Assembly: GCF_001194135.2 (NCBI RefSeq)
Contig: NC_068993.1
Span: 15,853,394 to 15,917,393 of the forward strand
Direction: 5' to 3'
Length of the DNA: 64,000 nucleotides
From: Octopus bimaculoides
Lineage: Eukaryota
Made by a program: the position numbers and the translations under genes. Below are positions 38,438 to 51,736 of the stretch, piece after piece (positions within the stretch are counted from its first letter, which is position 1; each line of letters begins with the position of its first letter). The notes below the pieces were generated by a model. It was not told where the DNA came from. It searched no databases and was given only the letters and a program-made list of their open reading frames with translations.

Positions 38438-38790
38438 GTGAAGACGTATGGTTCAGTGGCTAGAGCGTCAGGCTTACAAACATGAGGTAGTGACTTCAAT
38501 TTCTGGACCAGGCTGTGTGTTGTGTTCTTGAGCAAGACACTTTATTTCACGTTGTTCCAGGTCATTCACCTATAGATATGAGTTGTGACGCCACTGTTGC
38601 CAAGTTGAATCAGCCTTTGCCTTTCTTTGGATACATCGGTGGTGTGGATAGGGGAGACTGATATGCACGGGCGACTGCTGGGTTTTTTCCTAAGCAACCT
38701 TGCCCAGACTTTTGCCTCGTAGGGTAACTTTCTAGGTCCAGTCCCATGGTCATTCATGACCAAATGGGGGCTTTACTCCTTGCCCTTTAA
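38438..38790 (+). mobile_element. Family-C-related SINE with a third tail type
   Basis: Same tRNA-like head and TTCTTGAGCAAGACAC core; tail CAACCTTGCCCAGAC...GGGTAACTTTCTAGG...CCCATGGTCATTCATGACC. Confidence 0.78.
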
Positions 38791-39510
38791 TATCTTGGAA
38801 TGGAGTACTGCAAATCACCTCACCACTACCAAGTCCCTCTCAAACAGAAGCGTAGTCTAGTCTGAACGAGTAAAAGTGATACATAGAAGGGAAAAGATCG
38901 ATCCTCCCTGAGAATATGAAGGGCACTTTGACTTCAGTGGAATTTTACTGCAACAGGCAAAAATGAAGATCAATTGCTGTGTGGAGCTGTAACAAATCTA
39001 TGAATCGTTCGTCATAAATTTATATATTAATATAGCACTATTACAAACATTAATCGACATTCAATTAAAAACTTTCTATACATCAGTAAATGGAATTTAT
39101 GCTAGAAAATGTTCCGGAAACTGGTAAGGAACGACAGAAATTTAAACGCAGGATCAAAGACAAAAACAAAATTCAGGGATAATTTAACGTAAACATTTTT
39201 AACGCAATAAATTACTATGTCAATACGAGAACAACAATGAGAAGAACATTTTGATTTTCTGATACTGCCGCAAGATCTGCTGGATTCACTGTTTTTAAAT
39301 TTATTCAGAGTTATGTACAAGTAAACATACGTAGAATTACGTCGATCATAAATGTAGTGAAACTGCCAGTCGTAGTGGTTGGCAGACGTCGTTGGATTAG
39401 ATTAATACTTTATGATATTCAGTGCTTATATTTAGTTTGTTCGTTACTATTAATGCTTTTTCGCATATATATATACAGATATGAATATATGTATATATAT
39501 ATATATTTAT

Positions 39511-39622
<112 letters not shown>

Positions 39623-39730
39623 CATATATACACATATATACATATGTATATAAATATACATATATATATATATATGAATATATGTATATATATATATATA
39701 CATATATGAATATATGTATANNNNNNNNNN

Positions 39731-39804
<74 letters not shown>

Positions 39805-40403
39805 CTTGTATGTATAAATTAATTTATGCATACTTGTACTTATATATGTATATATAAGTATATGTATACGTATGTATATGTATATGCTTATATACATACA
39901 TATCTGTGTGTAAACGTATATATGTATATATGTTATGTATATATGTGTATATATACTTGTGTGTGTGCGTATGTGTGTATATATACTTGTGTGTGTGTGC
40001 GTATGTGTGTATGTGTCTTTGTGAGTGTGTGTGTATGTGCATGTGTGTGTGTGCAGAATATAACTTTATATAACAGTACATTAAGCAGTATGCGACTGCA
40101 GATTATACGTAAATATAAGCTTTTATATTTGTATGAGTATCTATATACGCATATGAGATTAAAGGCATTATAGGCCTATAGACACACTTGCGTTATGTTA
40201 TACAAATATTCTCATACGTAGAGCACACATATATACACATACATATATGCATATATGCGTTCACACACACATATATGCACAATAACGTTATATTCAATCA
40301 GTTAAGCCCGACTTTATGCGGCATACAGTGCGGTTGTAGCGTTTAAACTGCTGTCACAATATATATTAGAAACTTCAATTATATATATACATATATACAT
40401 TTT

Positions 40404-40500
40404 TGTAACTTCCTGTACCCAGATATGCATCTATATATATATATATATACATGTAGATGTAGGTATGTACATACATATACGTATATATGCATATACTCAC
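40404..40500 (+). mobile_element. Isolated 3' tail of the X/Y/Z repeat
   Basis: TCCTGTACCCAGATATGCA...ATGTAGGTATGTACATAC...TATATATGCATATACTC matches 45011-45092. Confidence 0.65.
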
Positions 40501-40653
40501 ATATTATTTGTATTATATACATACTTATATATANNNNNNNNNNNNNNNNNNNNNNNNNNNNNNNNNNNNNNNNNNNNNNNNNNNNNNNNNNNNNNNNNNN
40601 NNNNNNNNNNNNNNNNNNNNNNNNNNNNNNNNNNNNNNNNNNNNNNNNNNNNN

Positions 40654-40686
<33 letters not shown>

Positions 40687-42080
40687 TACACACACACACA
40701 TCACTCTATGTGTATGTGCTGATCAATGCTAAAATATAATTAACTATTGAACCTTTTAGTAAAATGTACATCGTTGCTTTTATTCTTCATTCTTCATGCC
40801 GCCTACTTGTTGTTCTTCCTCTTACTCCTGCTACAGTTGTTGCTATTGTATTGTTATTCACATTGCAATAGCTAACGGTGTTGTTGTTATTTTTGTTGTT
40901 GAAATTACCGTTGTTGTTGTGGTTGTTGTTGCTGTTGTTGTCGTTATTGTATTGGAAAGTTATTTATTTCGCATTTACTTTCTGTTGTCTCCTTTTGTTA
41001 GTCATCACGCTATTTATTTTTAAATATATATTCTTATTTACTGGTGTTTTTTTCGCCCATTTTTTTCTTTGCTGTTTATTATTTACGTTTTATTTTATTG
41101 ATTATAACTGACCTTTTTCTTCCTATGTTAAAGGAATAAATATTTTCTCTCAGTGGTTTTATTCATTTATTTTTTGTGTGTGTGCATTTATAATGTTTTA
41201 AAAAGTTTATGTTTTTACTATTCTCCAGGTTTTTGTTATTATTGTTCTCGTTATTGTTGTAGTCTTTATTCTTTCTCTTGATAATGCTGGCAACAGCAGT
41301 GACTTTTGTTGTAGTTATGATAGTGGGGGAAATGCCGAGGTAATAGTAATGGTGGTTCCAGTCAGTTGTTGCTGGGGTTGTAATGAGTGTTGAAATTGCA
41401 TAAGCGAGGCTTTTAATAATATCGTGCAAGTAGAGTTAGTATTGTAATCGTTTGGCAGTGAAAAAAATTAGTAAATGTTATGAGGCTGAGGAATGTTGTA
41501 TATATAATTCCTAAGAGATGCTGTTGCGTTTCTTAAATCCAACTGGGATTGATTCGGTAGATGTAGTTTCTTTCGATTGTGGAAACTATATTGTGGAGGA
41601 GGATTTGCTTAGCAAATGATTTGGTATGAAGCCGTATGTTGAAAACAATTACAGCGCGGAAGACACTAGCAATTCAAATACATACAAAAGATGTTAAGTT
41701 CATTGAAACATTTATTATTTGCTGCCAAACCTTTCGTCGTACCAGCAGAGACATATTTACTGAAAAGGTTCCACTGCAATGGCCACCGGGCCAAAGGGTC
41801 TTACTGGATGTGTGTGTGTGTGCGTGCGTGCATGTGTATATACGTATATATATATATGTATATGTATATCTGACTATATATCTATATATATGTGTATTCA
41901 TATATATATATATATATATATATATANNNNNNNNNNNNNNNNNNNNNNNNNNNNNNNNNNNNNNNNNNNNNNNNNNNNNNNNNNNNNNNNNNNNNNNNNN
42001 NNNNNNNNNNNNNNNNNNNNNNNNNNNNNNNNNNNNNNNNNNNNNNNNNNNNNNNNNNNNNNNNNNNNATATATAAGGAA

Positions 42081-42132
<52 letters not shown>

Positions 42133-42879
42133 TTTCTTGGAGGGAATTCATAAATGTTTCAATGAATGGCTACGCGCGTTTCCACAGTTCATGTGTCCCT
42201 TAAGATCATAGTACTTATTCTTGAGATGATAATATTACATTCTGCCGTATCCTGGACATCATGGGGATCATGTTCATGCAGTCATTTCTCCAGGCGATAT
42301 GATACTAATTGATGTTTATCTGAATATTGCTTATTAATTTTGATCAAAGCAAGGGTTGATTGGGGCATTTGGGTATTTCTGTGTGTATTTAGTGGGCAGG
42401 AATAGAAGCTGATGGAAAGGAACAAAGGAATTGTAGTAAAAGGAGATGGTGGTGTATGTGGTGGTGTTGAACTTATTTCTATATTTGAGTATGCAGATAT
42501 CAGGATGAGTAGTATAGATTTTTGGTTTGACCTTATTCGCAGCATTTATTTCCCTCAATGAATTCAAGAGTACTAGAGTCAGTAGGTACAGTTCTTCAGT
42601 TTCTGCAGTTCATTCTCTAATAGACACTGACTAATAGACACTCCGATGTTATCAAGTGAACATAAAAGCAAAGCATCATTCATAGAATTTGAAAAAAAAA
42701 TCATTTTGAAACAGAAAAACACTACCGGCCTTTAACATATAACAGAACGACAGAACATATAAACAACTAAACAATTTGACATACATGTGTGGGGGGTGCG
42801 CGAGCGCGTGTGTGTCCGTCGGCGCGGGCGTGTACTCATAGACATTCATAGACTGAGTTACAGAGAAGATTCGCAACCA

Positions 42880-42990
42880 CATAGTTGTGCTTTCAGTCAG
42901 AGCTCGGCAACTAGAGTATTTTTACTATAGCCTCGATCATACGAAAACAATTTGTGAGTGGATTTGGTAGACGGAAACTGAAAGATGTAT
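42880..42990 (+). mobile_element. Family-B SINE fragment abutting the PLE hairpin
   Basis: TACTATAGCCTCG...GTGAGTGGATTTGGTAGACGGAAACTGAAAGA. Confidence 0.7.
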
Positions 42991-42994
42991 GGCG

Positions 42995-43359
42995 TGCCTT
43001 TGTGAGGATCTTTTTCAGTGATTTTGGTTGTTTGTGGCTTTTGATGATTTTGTGGGTGTGTAAAATTTCTTTTAATTTGGGGTCCTTATGTAGCATTGGT
43101 ATGTTTTGGGTGATGATGGTGAAGGCTTCTTTGTTTCTGGGATTGTATGTGGATATGTACGGCAGTATAACAAACATTCCCCGAAAGTACTGCCGTACAT
43201 ATCCACATACAACCCCAGAAACAAAGAAGCTTTCACCATCATCACCCAAAACATACCAATGCTACATAAGGACCCCAAATTGAAGGAAATTTACACACAC
43301 ACAAAATCATCAAAAGCCACAAACAACCAAAATCACTGAAAAAGATCCTCACAAAGGCA
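42995..43359. mobile_element. Inverted duplication (hairpin) of a Penelope-like element fragment
   Basis: Arms 42995-43167 and 43188-43359 are reverse complements (about 5 substitutions and 1 indel by eye) around a 20-nt loop. Each arm encodes VLPYISTYNPRNKEAFTIITQNIPMLHKDPKLKEI...KQPKSLKKILTKA, the PLE post-RT linker. Confidence 0.8.
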
Positions 43360-44022
43360 AAATTNNNNNNNNNNNNNNNNNNNNNNNNNNNNNNNNNNNN
43401 NNNNNNNNNNNNNNNNNNNNNNNNNNNNNNNNNNNNNNNNNNNNNNNNNNNNNNNNNNNNNNNNNNNNNNNNNNNNNNNNNNNNNNNNNNNNNNNNNNNN
43501 NNNNNNNNNNNNNNNNNNNNNNNNNNNNNNNNNNNNNNNNNNNNNNNNNNNNNNNNNNNNNNNNNNNNNNNNNNNNNNNNNNNNNNNNNNNNNNNNNNNN
43601 NNNNNNNNNNNNNNNNNNNNNNNNNNNNNNNNNNNNNNNNNNNNNNNNNNNNNNNNNNNNNNNNNNNNNNNNNNNNNNNNNNNNNNNNNNNNNNNNNNNN
43701 NNNNNNNNNNNNNNNNNNNNNNNNNNNNNNNNNNNNNNNNNNCACCTCCTAGATTTCGATTATCTCCCCTATACCGGAAGAAATCCCTAATTACCTCCCC
43801 CTATCTAGAACTCTTCTTTCTCAGACTGGAGCGAACACGACACAATGAAGTAGAGAAATTTGAAAAGACAACACGAAACCGGTTATTTCTCAAAATACAA
43901 TGTTTATATACCAAAAAGATTTTATAACATTTTTCTAACATTTTTCTAACATTTTTCTGACATAATTTAAATATATACTTTAACCAAGTAACACAAGCCT
44001 TCTGTAGTTTTTTCACTTTTAT

Positions 44023-44062
<40 letters not shown>

Positions 44063-44301
44063 CGCATTCATTAATTGTTTAGCTTTACATACATCCCATC
44101 AGACTCTAATCTTTTGAACGGTCTTAGTAGAGTAGAGTATCAGTGGTCATATCGTTCTATATTTTCGAGAGACTAACCTGCTTTCGTGAATATGCCGGCC
44201 AGCTATTTGACACAAACTACGTGGTCTTTGAAGAAACAGACTTGCCGGAGAGCGAAACGGATCGTCAGTAAATCGTATATATACACATACATGTGTGTTT
44301 G

Positions 44302-44342
<41 letters not shown>

Positions 44343-44847
44343 NNNNNNNNNNNNNNNNNNNNNNNNNNNNNNNNNNNNNNNNNNNNNNNNNNNNNNNNNN
44401 NNNNNNNNNNNNNNNNNNNNNNNNNNNNNNNNNNNNNNNNNNNNNNNNNNNNNNNNNNNNNNNNNNNNNNNNNNNNNNNNNNNNNNNNNNNNNNNNNNNN
44501 NNNNNNNNNNNNNNNNNNNNNNNNNNNNNNNNNNNNNNNNNNNNNNNNNNNNNNNNNNNNNNNNNNNNNNNNNNNNNNNNNNNNNNNNNNNNNNNNNNNN
44601 NNNNNNNNNNNNNNNNNNNNNNNNNNNNNNNNNNNNNNNNNNNNNNNNNNNNNNNNNNNNNNNNNNNNNNNNNNNNNNNNNNNNNNNNNNNNNNNNNNNN
44701 NNNNNNNNNNNNNNNNNNNNNNNNNNNNNNNNNNNNNNNNNNNNNNNNNNNNNNNNNNNNNNNNNNNNNNNNNNNNNNNNNNNNNNNNNNNNNNNNNNNN
44801 NNNNNNNNNNNNNNTTTTTGTCCGCCACTACATTCCTCCATGGCTAG

Positions 44848-45095
44848 ATTTAATTTGCGTATACAAATTTAATCTGCGATCCATGGGACGAGCCGTCTTA
44901 GCGATGCGTCCTGCCCAAGCTCGTCGAAACGCCGGTGTTAAAACGTGGGTGGCTGATGAAGGAGATGTTCTCTATGTGGCTCGTGTGTTCTCGTCTACGT
45001 TTGTTTGCAATGTCCTGTACCCAGATATGCACCTATACATACAGGTGGATGTCGGTATGCACATACCTGTACGTATATATGCATATACTCATTTA
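44848..45095 (+). mobile_element. Copy X of the repeat with reversed hammerhead-like core halves (probable PLE terminal repeat)
   Basis: Stem GACGAGC/GCTCGTC + GAAAC, later CTGATGA-AG-GAGA-TGT-TCTC, then GTCCTGTACCCAGATATG tail. Confidence 0.6.
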
Positions 45096-45103
45096 CCATT
45101 TGT

Positions 45104-45142
<39 letters not shown>

Positions 45143-45167
45143 GACGTCCATTTATATTTATATATAT

Positions 45168-45260
45168 ACGACGGGATTCTGCTCAAGGTTCCATGCAGTG
45201 GAACTGAACCTCGAACCATGTGTTTGGGAAGCAATCGTCTTACTACATAACCACGTCTGT
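45168..45260 (-). mobile_element. Family-B SINE head fragment
   Basis: CAAGGTTCCATGCAGTGGAACTGAACC...ACCATGTG. Confidence 0.7.
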
Positions 45261-47299
45261 ATTATTTATCTAGATTTCATCACAACTCATCGATCTCCAA
45301 AGTATGAAACGCAAAGTCGCCATTGGTGAAATTTGAAATCAGAAAGCAGAAGTGTGGAAGTGAACAGTGTAAGGATCTTATCGAGGTGAATTTTTGTTGC
45401 CGCACCGTGTGTGCACTGGTGGTATCGATAATGCTTGTTACGCTTATTGCTAGTATTTCAACATCTATTTTTCCCTCCAATTATATTGGCTTTGGTTTCT
45501 GTTCAGAAATTGTTAGCTGTATTTTGTAATTAGTATCAATTATTTATATGCGGCCCTGCTGGCTTAATGAGTTTAATCAGTCATATGAAACGCAAATGAA
45601 ACATAGTCTCCTTTGTATTTATTTATCGTCGCCATATAAACGAATCACTAGACTACAATAAGAGAACAACCTACCTCAGTACATGTGCGCGCGCGCGCGC
45701 GTGTGCGTGCATGTGCGCGTGTCTGTCAGTTTGTATTATAACTGAGAGTCTGGATAAGCTTGGATTTCCAAGGAAAAGTATCAACCGGGTAACTCACCCA
45801 TTACAAATATAATCTGCAAGTGGAACGGCAAAAATATGCAAAACTTTTTTTTAGTTTAAAATGTGACATGGTTTTTGTCTACATTCCAATGGCAGAGCTT
45901 TTAAATTTTTGTTAGAAACCAGTTATTTTCTCAGCGGAAGAACCTAAATAATCAAAAACAAAAGGGAACATACACACATACATACATACATACATATGTG
46001 ATGGAGTGTAAGCCGCTTCGAAGCTTTTACACTTATACGCAACGGAAACGAATCCAAAATCTCATCATTGGGGGAAAATAAGCTACTTAACCACACAGAC
46101 CTATGTGTTCCTATGGCGTTATATCCTTTCTTGCCATCCCCGCTGTTATTATTGTTGCTTAGGTCTATATTTTTGATTAATGAATCGCGTTCTAGGCATA
46201 CCCATTCCGTTATTCCTTTTTTCAGATATATAATCGAAGTCTACATTATACTATTTCTCTTTCCATATTTTATGATGATAAATTGATATATTCGATGTTA
46301 AAGGAGATATGTCTGCAACGACTAGATCAATTGACCTTGGAGAGATGGAAAGGTCTGCTGTATTGGTTTCTACTTGCAAGATTCTTTTGTTTTTCTTATA
46401 TTTCTCACAAATAATAGGCGTAGTAAAGGCTTAATCGGTTATGTACTGTGATTTGTGTATTCACCAAAATACTTTATCCACGGCACAACCATAATATGTG
46501 GCAATTGCCAAAGTATGGTGACTAATCTGGGATAATATCTCTCGCTTAGTTTTTAATATTGTGATTAATGTAAATGGAAAACTATCTTGCAATGTGTGTT
46601 TTTTTTTTTGTTTCTTTGCATTGCATCTTCCAAAGCTATTTAGAAATTGTCAGCAGAACTTGCGTTACGAAATAGTCTTGGAGTGTCTCTTTATTCATAT
46701 TCCACAGAAGCGAGCAATTCTCACGTTTGGTATTCAGAACTCGGAGAATTTGTTTAATAAAAGTGCTTGTCCATAGACATACTGCATTGCATACACATGA
46801 AAGATCTTATCACCTGGTTGTCCTCTTTTAAAATTTAGCTAAGCATCATTTCTTTAATACTGTTCTTACAACAAATTTCTCGAAACATCGGCAGCAGTGA
46901 GGAACGTCTGTCTTTGATTTTTTTTTTGTATGTTTATGTTCTTCTCTATCAGTTTCCATCACAATTGTTCTTTGTCCTACATTGAGACGTAAATAAACTT
47001 CCGCATAGTTAACCCCCTGTTGTAAATATTTCACACAACTATATTCCACAAGAGGAAACGGTTCCTCTTATGACCATTAATTTGCTAGGGATGGTGAACA
47101 ATAAAGAAATTGAAGGAATATCTAGTAAATTCGCAGCACCATCAGTAAGGAAAACGACGGATGTTCTTCAGTGATGTGTTTTATAAAAGTTGAAGCTCTT
47201 ATGACCCACATAGTGCTTTGAGCTTTTCGGACCTTGCAAAATGTATCCAGGTCAAACTTTAACAGGTAAAGCGAGAGTGAGGGAGAATGGGCTCTAGTA

Positions 47300-47460
47300 C
47301 TAGACTAATACTGTTTAATCGATCGAGAAAGGATGAAAGTAAAAAAAAAAATAATAAATTGATCGAGGTGGAGATACGAACTCAATGCGCGGAGAATCAC
47401 AAGATGAATGCTACAAGCTATTTTCGTTTAGAGTTGTAACCACTCTGGCAAATCGCAGCC
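47300..47460 (-). mobile_element. Highly diverged family-A SINE
   Basis: AATCGATCGAGAAAGGATGAAAG...GAACTCAA...CTCTGGCAAATCGC. Confidence 0.55.
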
Positions 47461-47544
47461 CAGAAGTTTACGCATGATTTTTACGTTAGGAATATCTTTC
47501 TTTTAGAGGACGGCAAAATCCGGATGATCAACGTATTGCTTAAC

Positions 47545-47547
47545 TAT

Positions 47548-47632
<85 letters not shown>

Positions 47633-47715
47633 ACCGCTACTGCAACTGCTACTGCAACTGCTACTGCTACTACTGCTGCTGTTGCTACTACTACTATTAC
47701 TACTAATACTACTAA
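47545..47715. repeat. (ACT)n/(GCT)n microsatellite
   Basis: Direct repeats. Confidence 0.95.
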
Positions 47716-48723
47716 TACTTCAGACCACTGACTTCTAGACCCTAGACCCTTTCTTTATATGATGAAGCCGTAAATAATCCGATCCATTAGACCATCGTAC
47801 AGTCATAGAGTGAAGGAGATTCATTTTGTAATTACCTTGACAAAATATTGGGCAAGACAAATGGACGTAAATTACAATCTCATGGAGACGAAGATATATT
47901 TTCTGACCTCCCTCCATAATAGGGAATAAATAAACCTGACCGAAAAGTTGTCAGTGATGAATGAATTTCGTTGGTTATTTTGTTCTGACTACATTGGTAA
48001 CTCCCTTTATATCAAATCTACAACTATTGATCCAGTAAGTTGCTGTTGCTATTATTGTTGTTGTTAGTTTTGTTGTTATTGTTGTTGTTGTCTTTGTTGT
48101 TTAATCTTAGATCAACTCTTTCCAGGCCTATCATAAAATGCATTTCAAGTTTAGCATCAGATTTCTTTCAGGATTACGTAGGTCGACATTTTGTAAGATG
48201 TCTTTCGACTACTTAAATCAGTAAAATGCTGTTCAATGGTTATTTCACTACTAGTTTTAGCAAGTCGAGTCATTAAGTAAGTAGTAACTTTCGCTACTTT
48301 AGGTCCTGTTTGACCAGATTTGTGCATCAAATGCATTTTAGCCGTAATCAGTTTCTGTATTACACACACAAACACACATATGGCTTCATTATTCGATATA
48401 TGTCTCCATTCAATTTTTAAGNNNNNNNNNNATTATTCGATATATGTCTCCATTCAATTTTTAAGATGGTGCAGTGTGATTTAAGGGAAATTGCCAGCTA
48501 TATTCAGCAAGTTGAACAAGTAGTGAAATATGCTAAGTGCATATGTTCTGTTATTTTCTATTGGAGCGTTTATAAATTGCTAAACAATGTTTTTTCCTAC
48601 GAGGAAAAGCCATGCTCAAAGCTTAAGAATGTCAGAAAGTTAAAAAGGTGATTCTTTTTGTGTCTTCTGAGAGCATTGCATGGTGCCTATCGACATGACT
48701 CTAACAGCTGGCTTCATTTAGCT

Positions 48724-49065
48724 CAGCGGTTCTGAACCGGGTTCTATATCGCCCCTGATGGTCCATATAAGATTTTTGGAGGTCCATGCAATAAAATAGT
48801 AAATTGAGGATTCACAATAGTATCTTAAGGGTCCCTGAAAAGATTTTGTTTTAGATGTATCTATTGGTATGTATTGCAAGAAACAACTAAGTTTCTTTAC
48901 CTGACATTTTACATAGTTCAACTTGCACAAGTTAATGTGTGAAAACAAAATAGGAATTTTGAAAGAGGTTTCTATAAAACTAGATTTTAAACATGGAATG
49001 GGGATCCATCAGAATAAAATAGTAATCAAAGGGTTCCATAGATAAAAAATGATTGAAAACCCCTG
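48724..49065. mobile_element. hAT-superfamily MITE (342 bp)
   Basis: TIRs CAGCGGTTCTGAACC / GATTGAAAACCCCTG; 8-bp TSD ATTTAGCT (48716-48723) / ATTTAACT (49066-49073). Confidence 0.82.
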
Positions 49066-49836
49066 ATTTAACTAGCTAGTTAGTGATCCGTATGTGTTAT
49101 TCAATAAGCAGGACGTCCAGCAGTGGTTTTTTTGCGTCAGCCATATCGGTGGTACAATTTACTCTTTGGAATCTTGGTAGCGATGGGAGAATTTTGAAGA
49201 GCAATTGCTCTGCTGTATGAAATTCGTTTCATTTCATAGGTTGATAGAAAGTCGTTCGCCAAATACACCAACCTCAGCCCCACAGATATGTTTGTTCCTC
49301 ATTAAAGCTAATACGGTGGCCCCTTTTTCTCTGATAACATACCCCATCCACCCAGGCATTTCCGCACTATGCCTTCCTCTGCTTTTCATCACTCGTACTG
49401 CATCACTCTGTATGGCTTTACTGATCACTTTTACACTCCTTCTGCTTCAGAATAGTACCTCTTTGGGAACCTTACCCTGCCCACGTATGTTTCAATTGCA
49501 GCTGTCAACTTGAAAATGTTTAAGAGAGACATTAATCTCCTCAGTCTCGCTGGTGTTAGAGGACCTCTGGGAGGTCATGAGTATCCCAAACAAACAACAA
49601 CAACAACAGCAAAAATAGCAACAACAACAGCAACAAAAAACCGTAATTCAGCTCATTATAATAGTTATCACGCAATAGTTAACAGTGCCACGAAATGCGA
49701 GATCCATCATACATCTGATTAGTGAATCATGTATGGGCTTTATAGATCCTTTCAATAAGAAGCAGAAGTAGAAATATATCAATGACTCATCAATATCATC
49801 TGTATTGATCGATCTACTAAATCGTTACAGAATATT

Positions 49837-49894
<58 letters not shown>

Positions 49895-49895
<1 letters not shown>

Positions 49896-51736
49896 TATTA
49901 ATATTGTTATTCATATACACTCAAAAGATTAGACTGTTGGAAAAGAAAAGAATCCTAGCATCGGGCTACAACAAATAGCCTTTGATGCCAAGAACCCTCC
50001 AATTGGATTACAGCCAGTAACCTTAGGTGCCAAGAACCCTCCAAAGTATCCAAGCTGTCCCTAACAACACTGTTTTCTGGAGATGTACTAAACTGGGTCT
50101 TATGCCTTTTTCCTCTATCCATCTGTTCAAATCTTTAAGAAAAGTTCCCAATGCACCTATAACTACTGAGATACATTTTACCCGCCCCTTTCCATAGTCT
50201 CTGTAATTCAATAGCTAGGTCCTGGTACTTTGCTATTTTTTCTATACTTCTCATATTATTTTTTTCATCATTTGGGACTATAAAATCAATTATCTGGCAC
50301 TTTCTATTCTCTTTATCTACTACAGTAGTTCTCAAACTTTTTCAGGCTGCCACCCCATTGGCATCCATGCCACATTACTAACGCCCCCAACCTCCCCACC
50401 ACAAATATAGACCACTTTCTGCAACAAATTCAAAACGACTGTATTTCACAAATAAAGCTTAAACCTAATTAACTTATTGATATTTTTTTACATCTATACC
50501 CCAATTTTGGCCACCCCATTATCATCACACTTTTCTTCAACGCCCCCTGTATATCTCCACCGCCCCCAAGGAGGAGGAACTGCACGCTTTGGGCATCACT
50601 GATCTATTACTACCAAATCAAGCATCCTAGCTTCTTTTACTCTGTTAGTATGAATGTTTACGTCTCACGGCATCTTATACTTCTTACTTTCTAGTACTTT
50701 ACTAGGTTTATGTTCATATCATTTATTAGTATGTTCAAATCCGAGCTCTGTACATAATAACCCCCAGTGGATTCCTCTTCCTGAGTTGTTTTGTCTTTTC
50801 TTGTATTCTTTCTGTGCCAGTATGTTGCCTTCACTTACTATATGAGTAACGCTTTCCTCTTCTGCTTTGCATAATCTACATTGGGGATCTACTTGGTTTT
50901 TGTCTATATTGGCTTTTATCCAATTAGTCCTTAATACTTGATCTTGTGCAGCTACTAACAATCTTTCTGTCTCCCTCTTCAGCTTCCCCTTCTGCAGCTA
51001 TAACCATGTCTCACTACTACTATTTGTTGCAACTATCTTTGGAAATCTACCATGCGACGTCTTCTCCTGCCAGTGAGAAAATTTCTGTTCATTTTTCTGG
51101 TTTTCAACTTCGTTTGGATTTTTGCTTTCTCTATGTCTTGTTGTGACTCTGGTAGCTTTTAATAAACTTTCTTCACTATTACCTACATAGAAGTCTGTAT
51201 CAACTCTAGCTAACTCCAAACAGTCTTCTACTGATATTAACCGTATTCTGCCTTCTTTCTAGGTAAGTATAATTTTGCTACTCCTGCCCCTGAGTGGATT
51301 CCTCTATTCATATTGAATTCCTTTCTAGTTCTTCTGTCTAGCTTTGCTAATTCATTTTTTTGTCCAATTTACAAAAGCTGCTGAGTATCTAAGTAATGAC
51401 ACTGCCCAAGTATTTACAGCCTTCACTAGATTCGAACCATTTAGCTTTGATTTCATTAGCTTCCTCGCCCTTCTGATGCACTTCTTCTCAAGTTTGGTTT
51501 TCATTTCTATAGTTAGTAATCTGTCAGATTCTAATACTCCTAGATACTTATAAACTCCCTCCTCCTTTCAATGATTTTAATATCTGGGCATCTGGGAATT
51601 GGATATCTTCGCTGTTAACTAGCTGTCCCCTTCTCATGACTAATATTTCACACATATTTATGCGAAATTCTATGCCTATATCTTTGCAGAAGAGTCTTAG
51701 TCTGTATTAAAGAAGTTATCACTTTTTCATTCTTAC

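Noticed and set aside
42282-42567. Possible LINE fragment on the minus strand
   Set aside because: No convincing RT motif found by eye.
48388-48465. Exact 34-bp direct repeat flanking a 10-N gap
   Set aside because: Typical scaffolding artefact from unmerged contig overlap, not a biological TSD.
49200-49520. RTE-like LINE remnant on the minus strand (GWMGYVIRE resembling WLGHVxR)
   Set aside because: A single weak motif; not called without an alignment.
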